From assembly GCA_965213705.1 (NCBI GenBank), contig OZ243913.1:1408001-1472000 (forward strand): a stretch of DNA of 64,000 bases, written 5' to 3'. Of this stretch, positions 58,689-64,000 are shown piece after piece. Position 1 is the stretch's first letter, and every line of letters begins with the position of its first letter. Source of the stretch: Trueperaceae bacterium. GTDB lineage: Bacteria; Deinococcota; Deinococci; Deinococcales; Trueperaceae. A program made the position numbers and the translations under genes. A model generated the notes under the pieces. The model searched no databases. It worked only from the letters and a program-made list of their open reading frames with translations, and had not been told where the DNA came from.

Positions 58689-60905
58689 GTGAAGTTTCTC
58701 AAGATTCTCCAGGGTTTGTTCCTCACTTTGTTGACGGTGGTCTTGTCGGTGGCCGCCTTGCTGACGGCGTCGGCGTTCAAGTGGGCCGAAGAGTTGCCCA
58801 ACCCCGACAAGCTCGACACCTTCGAATTCACCTCGACCTCACAGATTTTCGCTCGAGACGGCACCACCCAAATCGGTGAGATTTTGCCCTTCACGGGCGA
58901 AGACATCGAAACGAAAAACCGGATTCCCGTAACCTTAGACCAGGTGTCGCCCGCCCTGTTGGAGGCCCTCGTCGCCTCGGAGGACGACCAGTTTTTCAAG
59001 CACTACGGTTTCGACGTGCCCGGCTTACTCAAAGCGACCTATGTGGAGTTTTTGGGTGACGCCGACCGGGGCGGCTCGACGATCACGACGCAGGTCGTCA
59101 AAAACGAACTTCTCAGCGACCTCGCGAGCGAACGGTCTTTGGAGCGCAAGTTCAAAGAACTCATGCTCGCGGTGCAGTTGGAGCGCCGCCTGACCAAGCC
59201 CGAAATTCTGCAGCGCTACGTCAACAGTTCGTTTTGGGGCGGCAACGCCTGGGGCATTCACGCGGCGGCGCGCGCTTATTTCGACAAAGACCCCATCGCC
59301 CTGAGTTTGGCGGAAAGTTTGTACTTGGCGCGCATCGTGCCCGCTCCCAACAGCAACCGTAAAGACTTTTTGGGCGTGCGGGCGGACATGCGCGAAGTCT
59401 TGGACCGCATGGTCGAACGCGGGGCCGTCAGCGCGGCAGCGGCCGAGCGGGCGTGGCTCGAGAAAATCGAGCCGCGCGGCTGGAACGTCACCTACGACGA
59501 CGCGGGCAACGTGCTGAGCGCCGAGCCGACCGGCGAAACGCCCAACACACAAACGAGCGTCAGCTCTAGTTTGTCCGACGAAATTACCTTTGCGGTGCGC
59601 AACTGGCTCACCGAGCGCTACGGCAAAGACCGGGTTTACAACAACGGCGGCTTCAAGGTCTACACGACTTTCGACGTTCAAGCCCAGCGAGCCGCGATGG
59701 AAGCGTCCCGCACCGCCGAAGCGCCCGCGGGCGCACAACTCGCCATCGTGGGTTTAGACCCCGCCACCGGCGAGGTACTGGCGATGGTGGGTGAGCGCAT
59801 CGGTTTGGCCTCCGACGAGACCAGCGATCGCCTCAACCGCGCGTTGCAGTCGTACCGGCAGCCGGGCAGTTCGTTCAAACCCATCGTTTACGCCACCGCC
59901 ATCGAGCAGGCCGGTTTTTCGCAGGCGACGCTTCTGAACGACAAAGAAAGAGTGTTCGAACAGAGAAACCAGCCCAACTACGAACCCTCGAATTCCGACA
60001 AAGAGTATGACGGTCTCAGGACGATTCGCTCGCACATGGACCGCTCGCGCAACATCCCGGCCATCGAGGCGTTGGCAGCAGCCACGCCCGAAGCGGTCGC
60101 GGCGCGGGCGCGCGAACTCGGCTACGGCGACGTGAAGCCCTACTACTCCATCGCCCTTGGCACCACCGAAGCGCGGCCCATCGACCACACGGCGGCCATC
60201 GCGGCGTTCGCCAACGACGGCGTCAAGATGGACCCTTACTTCGTCAGTCGGGTCGAAGACGCGAGCGGCAACGTCGTCTACGAGGCGACCCCGCGCGAGA
60301 CGCGGGTTTGGTCGCCGCAGACCGCCTACATCGTCCTCGACATGATGCACGGCAACGTGACGGACGCTATCGGTTTCAGCAACCGGGCCGGTAAAGAGAT
60401 GGGCGACCGCTGGGTGGCGGGCAAGACGGGCACGACCAGCGACGAGAACAACAACGACAAGGACATCTGGTTCGTCGGCATCACGCCGGGGCTGGTCGCC
60501 TCGGTGTGGATAGGTTACGACGACAACACGCCGTTGCCCAAAAACATGGACGCTGCGTTGACGCGTGAGGGCGGACGCGTGAGCAGTTCGCGGCAACCTA
60601 TCTACGTTTGGAAAGACTTCGTGAAAAACGCGCTCAAGGGCAAACCCAACGCCGAGGGCTTCCCCGTACCTGAAGGCATTGTGTTCAAAACGATGAACCT
60701 AATTACCGGTGTGGTGGGCTCCGGTGGGGTCGAGGCGGCCTTTTTGGCGGACACGGCGCTGCGCAACCGCCCGCTGTCGCCGGAGTTGACGCTGACCATT
60801 CCCGTCGACACCCGCACCGACAAGCGGGCCACAGCCATCACACCGCGCGAGTTTCTCGAGTACCGCGTCATTCGTGCCAACGACATCAGCCGGTACCTGA
60901 ACTGA
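58689..60905 (+). CDS. class A penicillin-binding protein (transglycosylase/transpeptidase)
   Basis: EDDQFFKHYG, GGSTITTQ, RK.KE, QPGSSFKP, SRN, KTG. Confidence 0.94.
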   Translation: MKFLKILQGLFLTLLTVVLSVAALLTASAFKWAEELPNPDKLDTFEFTSTSQIFARDGTTQIGEILPFTGEDIETKNRIPVTLDQVSPALLEALVASEDDQFFKHYGFDVPGLLKATYVEFLGDADRGGSTITTQVVKNELLSDLASERSLERKFKELMLAVQLERRLTKPEILQRYVNSSFWGGNAWGIHAAARAYFDKDPIALSLAESLYLARIVPAPNSNRKDFLGVRADMREVLDRMVERGAVSAAAAERAWLEKIEPRGWNVTYDDAGNVLSAEPTGETPNTQTSVSSSLSDEITFAVRNWLTERYGKDRVYNNGGFKVYTTFDVQAQRAAMEASRTAEAPAGAQLAIVGLDPATGEVLAMVGERIGLASDETSDRLNRALQSYRQPGSSFKPIVYATAIEQAGFSQATLLNDKERVFEQRNQPNYEPSNSDKEYDGLRTIRSHMDRSRNIPAIEALAAATPEAVAARARELGYGDVKPYYSIALGTTEARPIDHTAAIAAFANDGVKMDPYFVSRVEDASGNVVYEATPRETRVWSPQTAYIVLDMMHGNVTDAIGFSNRAGKEMGDRWVAGKTGTTSDENNNDKDIWFVGITPGLVASVWIGYDDNTPLPKNMDAALTREGGRVSSSRQPIYVWKDFVKNALKGKPNAEGFPVPEGIVFKTMNLITGVVGSGGVEAAFLADTALRNRPLSPELTLTIPVDTRTDKRATAITPREFLEYRVIRANDISRYLN

Positions 60906-60930
60906 CCCCGGTTAAGTCTCGAGCCCTTTC

Positions 60931-61833
60931 GTGACCGGTGAAACTCTTACAGCCGTCGTCGGCTTGAGCGTCGGTCACTGGACGCAACCGGGGGCGGCGA
61001 CCGGCTGCACGGTCATTGTCTGTCCGCCCGAGGGCTGTGTGGCCTCGGGCACGGTGCTGGGCGGCGCGCCGGGCAGCCGCGAGACGGCGCTCCTCGCGCC
61101 GGAAAAAACGGTGCAGCGCGTCCACGCCGTCGTGCTGGCGGGGGGCAGCGCCTTCGGGCTGGACGCCGCGACGGGCGTAGTGCGCTGGCTCGCCGAACAA
61201 GGAAGAGGATTTGACACCCCGTTCGCCCGCGTTCCCATCGTCCCGGCCGCCGTTATTTACGACCTGGGAACGGGCCGCGCCGACGTTTTCCCGGACGCGG
61301 CAGCGGGTTATGCGGCGGCCGAAAACGCGACGACCCGCCCGGTCGAGAGCGGGCGGGTCGGTGTGGGGACGGGCGCGACGGTCGGCAAGTACGCAGGCTT
61401 CGACAAAGCCGCGCCGAGCGGTTTGGGGAGCGCAGCCGTCCGGCTGGGTGGCGCAACGGTCGCGGCTTTGGCGGTCAGCAACGCCCTGGGTGACCTTGTC
61501 GACCCCGACACCGGGCGGCGGGTCGCGGGCTCGAGCGCTCACGCGAACTTTCCGGACGCTGCGAAAACGGTTTTCGACGGCGCGAACACCACGCTCGTCG
61601 TCGTCGCCACCGACGCGGCCCTCAGCAAAACGCAGGCTTACGCTCTTTCGCAGAGCGCCCACGTCGGCATCGCCCGCGTCACGCGGCCGTCGCACACGCC
61701 GGCCGACGGTGACACGGCGTTTGTGTTGAGCACGGCAGCGGGCCCGGAAGTGCCGTTATATAACCTCGCGGCTGCAGTTCAAGAGGTGGTTGCGAGAGCT
61801 ATCCTGAACGGGGCCGGGGCGGTGCGGGGCTGA
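60931..61833 (+). CDS. P1 family (DmpA/S58) peptidase
   Basis: VGH, TGCTV, GGAPGSRET, GGSAFGL, GANTTL, H...DGDT.F. Confidence 0.9.
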   Translation: MTGETLTAVVGLSVGHWTQPGAATGCTVIVCPPEGCVASGTVLGGAPGSRETALLAPEKTVQRVHAVVLAGGSAFGLDAATGVVRWLAEQGRGFDTPFARVPIVPAAVIYDLGTGRADVFPDAAAGYAAAENATTRPVESGRVGVGTGATVGKYAGFDKAAPSGLGSAAVRLGGATVAALAVSNALGDLVDPDTGRRVAGSSAHANFPDAAKTVFDGANTTLVVVATDAALSKTQAYALSQSAHVGIARVTRPSHTPADGDTAFVLSTAAGPEVPLYNLAAAVQEVVARAILNGAGAVRG

Positions 61834-61940
61834 AGTGCAGCTCACTCGCGGACGCATCCGGCGACAAACCCCTTGCCACAGGCTTCGGCGCGGCACGACG
61901 CCATACTTTAGCTTCGGCCGAACTGTGAGAGGATAACGCT

Positions 61941-62513
61941 ATGAAAGTCGGCGTTTTGGCTTTACAGGGAGCTTTTCGAGAACACAGGCAAGCGTTGGAA
62001 CGGCTCGGGGCTGCGGTGACGGAGGTACGCTTGCCCGAACACTTGACGGGTTTGCAGGGCGTCGTCATCCCCGGCGGCGAGTCCACGACGATGGTCAAAC
62101 TGATGAAGGCCTACGGCCTCGACAAAGCCATACCGACCTTTTACGACCGGGGCGGGGCGGTGTGGGGCACTTGTGCGGGCGCTATCGCGGTCGCCAGCGA
62201 CATCGTCGGGCATCCCGAACAGCCGCGTTTGGGCCTGCTCGACATCAGCGTCGAGCGGAACGCTTACGGGCGGCAAGTCGCGTCGTTCGAAACCGAGGTC
62301 GAGGTTACAGGTTTGGACGCGCCCTTTCAAACCGTCTTTATCCGCGCGCCGCGCGTTGCTCGGGTGGGTCCGGGGGTCGAGGTGTGGGCGTCCTTAAACG
62401 GCACCCCGATTATGGTCGCGCAGGCTCGACTGTTGGCGACGGTTTTTCACCCCGAACTCACTGGAGACGACCGCGTCCACGAACTTTTCTTGCGGCGTGT
62501 GGTCGGCGCTTAA
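61941..62513 (+). CDS. pdxT: pyridoxal 5'-phosphate synthase glutaminase subunit
   Basis: GVLALQG, PGGESTT, GTCAG, RNAYGRQ..SFE, FIRAP, FHPEL. Confidence 0.96.
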   Translation: MKVGVLALQGAFREHRQALERLGAAVTEVRLPEHLTGLQGVVIPGGESTTMVKLMKAYGLDKAIPTFYDRGGAVWGTCAGAIAVASDIVGHPEQPRLGLLDISVERNAYGRQVASFETEVEVTGLDAPFQTVFIRAPRVARVGPGVEVWASLNGTPIMVAQARLLATVFHPELTGDDRVHELFLRRVVGA

Positions 62514-62525
62514 TGGGGTCGGCGT

Positions 62526-62885
62526 TCAGGTGACGTGAAAAGCAACCCAGCGGCCCAGCAGGACAGCGAGCAGACCCGCCGCGAGGCTACCCAGGCTGTA
62601 GAAGAGGGCGACGTGCCACAGCCCCTTGTCGAACAGCGCGAAGGTCTCGAGTTCAAACGTCGAAAACGTCGTCAGCGCCCCTAAAAAACCGGTGCCGACA
62701 GCCGTCTTGAGTTCGGTAGGCAGGGCCAAAGCCGTGTTGAACAGCAAAAAAGACAGCAAAAACGAACCCAAAATGTTGACTGTAAAGGTGGCGACGGGAA
62801 AAACGCCCAAGCCCTGAAAGCTTACGTTGACCAGGTAGCGGCACACCGCCCCAAGCGCCCCGCCCGCCATCACGCCGAGAATCAT
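62526..62885 (-). CDS. crcB: fluoride efflux channel CrcB/Fluc
   Basis: GGALGA..RY, N.LGSF, GFLGALTTFSTF..E. Confidence 0.94.
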   Translation of the reverse strand: MILGVMAGGALGAVCRYLVNVSFQGLGVFPVATFTVNILGSFLLSFLLFNTALALPTELKTAVGTGFLGALTTFSTFELETFALFDKGLWHVALFYSLGSLAAGLLAVLLGRWVAFHVT

Positions 62886-62929
62886 GTTTGGCTGCCGGGA
62901 AACAAGTTCACGCTCGAGAGTTTAGCATC

Positions 62930-62969
62930 CAAAAAGACTGGGAGGTTCGCCTTCCTCCCAGTCTTTTTG
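62930..62969. terminator. bidirectional intrinsic terminator after ugd
   Basis: caaaaagactgggagg-ttcgcctt-cctcccagtctttttg. Confidence 0.88.
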
Positions 62970-62984
62970 TTTTCTCTTTCGTTT

Positions 62985-64000
62985 TTAGCGTCCGACGCTG
63001 CCGTAGGTAAAGCCGTGTTTTTTGATGTCCGCCGGGTTGAGCAGGTTGCGGGCGTCGAGCAAGAAGTCGCCGCGCATCCGCGCTTTCATGTCGGCCAGGG
63101 GCAGACGCTTGTACTCTTGCCAGTCGGTGACGACGACAACTGCGTCGCAGCCCAGGGCCAAGCACTGCACGTCCTCGCAGTACTCGACCGGCAAGTCCGG
63201 GTACAGTCTGCGGGCGTTGTCGGTAGCGACGGGGTCGTGGACGCGGATGACCGCGCCCCGGTCGTGCAGCTGCTCGATAAGGGTCAGCGCGGGTGCGTCG
63301 CGCAGGTCGTCGGTGTTGCCTTTGAAAGCGAGCCCCAGCAGACCGATGGTGGTGCCGCGCAGGACCTTGAGGTGAGCCTGCAGCCGGTCGATGATGTGCA
63401 GGCGTTGCCGCTGGTTGACCTCGATGGCGGACTCGACGATTTGCATGGGGTAGTCGTAAGCCTTGGCGGTGGTGATGATTGCGCGCGTGTCTTTGCCAAA
63501 GCAGCTGCCGCCCCAGCCGATGCCCGCTTGCAAGTTCTGTGTGCCGATGCGGTTGTCCAAACCGATGGCCCGCGCGACCTCGGTGATGTCCGCGCCGACG
63601 CGCTCGGCGAGACCCGCAAACTCGTTGATAAAGCTGATTTTGGTTGCCAAAAACGAGTTTGCCGCATATTTGGTGAGTTCGGCGCTCGTCGGGGTGGTGG
63701 TGATGAGGGGCGGCAAGGTGTAGCGCTCGGGCCGCGGCGTTTCCAAAGGCGGCTCGAAGGTTTGCTCGAGCAGTGGCGCGTAGAGTTCGCGCAGCAGTCC
63801 GACCGCCGTCGGGTGGTCCGTGCCGATGACGATGCGGTCGGGGTAGAGCGTGTCGTGAATGGCCCGGCCCTCGGCTAAAAATTCGGGATTGGACGCGACC
63901 CACACCGAGGCCTCTGTTCCGGCTACGGCGAGGCTGCGGTGCAAAATACCCTCGACGTGTTTGGCGCTGCCGATAGGCACGGTGGACTTGTTGACCACCA
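62985..64000 (-). CDS. ugd: UDP-glucose 6-dehydrogenase (C-terminal part; start lies beyond the window)
   Basis: KSTVP.G, NPEFL.EG, AE..KYAAN.FLA.KISF.NE, GGSCF.KD, FK.NTDD.R. Confidence 0.93.
   Translation of the reverse strand, partial: VVNKSTVPIGSAKHVEGILHRSLAVAGTEASVWVASNPEFLAEGRAIHDTLYPDRIVIGTDHPTAVGLLRELYAPLLEQTFEPPLETPRPERYTLPPLITTTPTSAELTKYAANSFLATKISFINEFAGLAERVGADITEVARAIGLDNRIGTQNLQAGIGWGGSCFGKDTRAIITTAKAYDYPMQIVESAIEVNQRQRLHIIDRLQAHLKVLRGTTIGLLGLAFKGNTDDLRDAPALTLIEQLHDRGAVIRVHDPVATDNARRLYPDLPVEYCEDVQCLALGCDAVVVVTDWQEYKRLPLADMKARMRGDFLLDARNLLNPADIKKHGFTYGSVGR

Noticed and set aside
62940..62952. ggaggttcgcc resembling part of the fluoride riboswitch near crcB
   Set aside because: It is on the strand opposite to crcB and is part of the ugd terminator hairpin.

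Overview
High-GC bacterial chromosome segment, most likely Deinococcota and Truepera-like. This is inferred from the Thermus-type V/A-ATPase gene order and from TANNNT -10 boxes placed directly before many start codons. Core content in order: GH38 alpha-mannosidase/sugar ABC/ROK locus; a secreted ETGG-repeat protein; a complete V/A-type ATP synthase operon; a CsgG-like lipoprotein; an aapJQMP-like amino-acid ABC operon; pilT, rimO, folC, mgtE; an HD-GYP protein; matAB; a GH13 amylosucrase-like enzyme; purKE, sua5, glycerate kinase, aroH, acyl-CoA dehydrogenase, dusA, ispH, a class A PBP, pdxT, crcB and ugd. Five small AT-richer islets sit between housekeeping genes. They carry an SMI1/KNR4 gene, four complete toxin-antitoxin pairs, an orphan antitoxin, a PemK pseudogene, a decayed IS630 and orphan ORFs. 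The strongest candidate for an undescribed system is integrase-free accretion of TA cassettes at gene 3' ends: one TA pair is bracketed by a 26-bp exact duplication of the host gene's 3' end containing CTCGAG, CTCGAG is a highly iterated palindrome in this window, and it recurs near the stop codon of most islet modules. Other notable items are an AapQ-type permease with a ~210-aa insertion carrying two DxNxNG motifs, two families of heptamer-repeat intergenic elements, and strong GATC avoidance. No rRNA, tRNA or CRISPR array was recognised. All calls were made by eye, without database searches.
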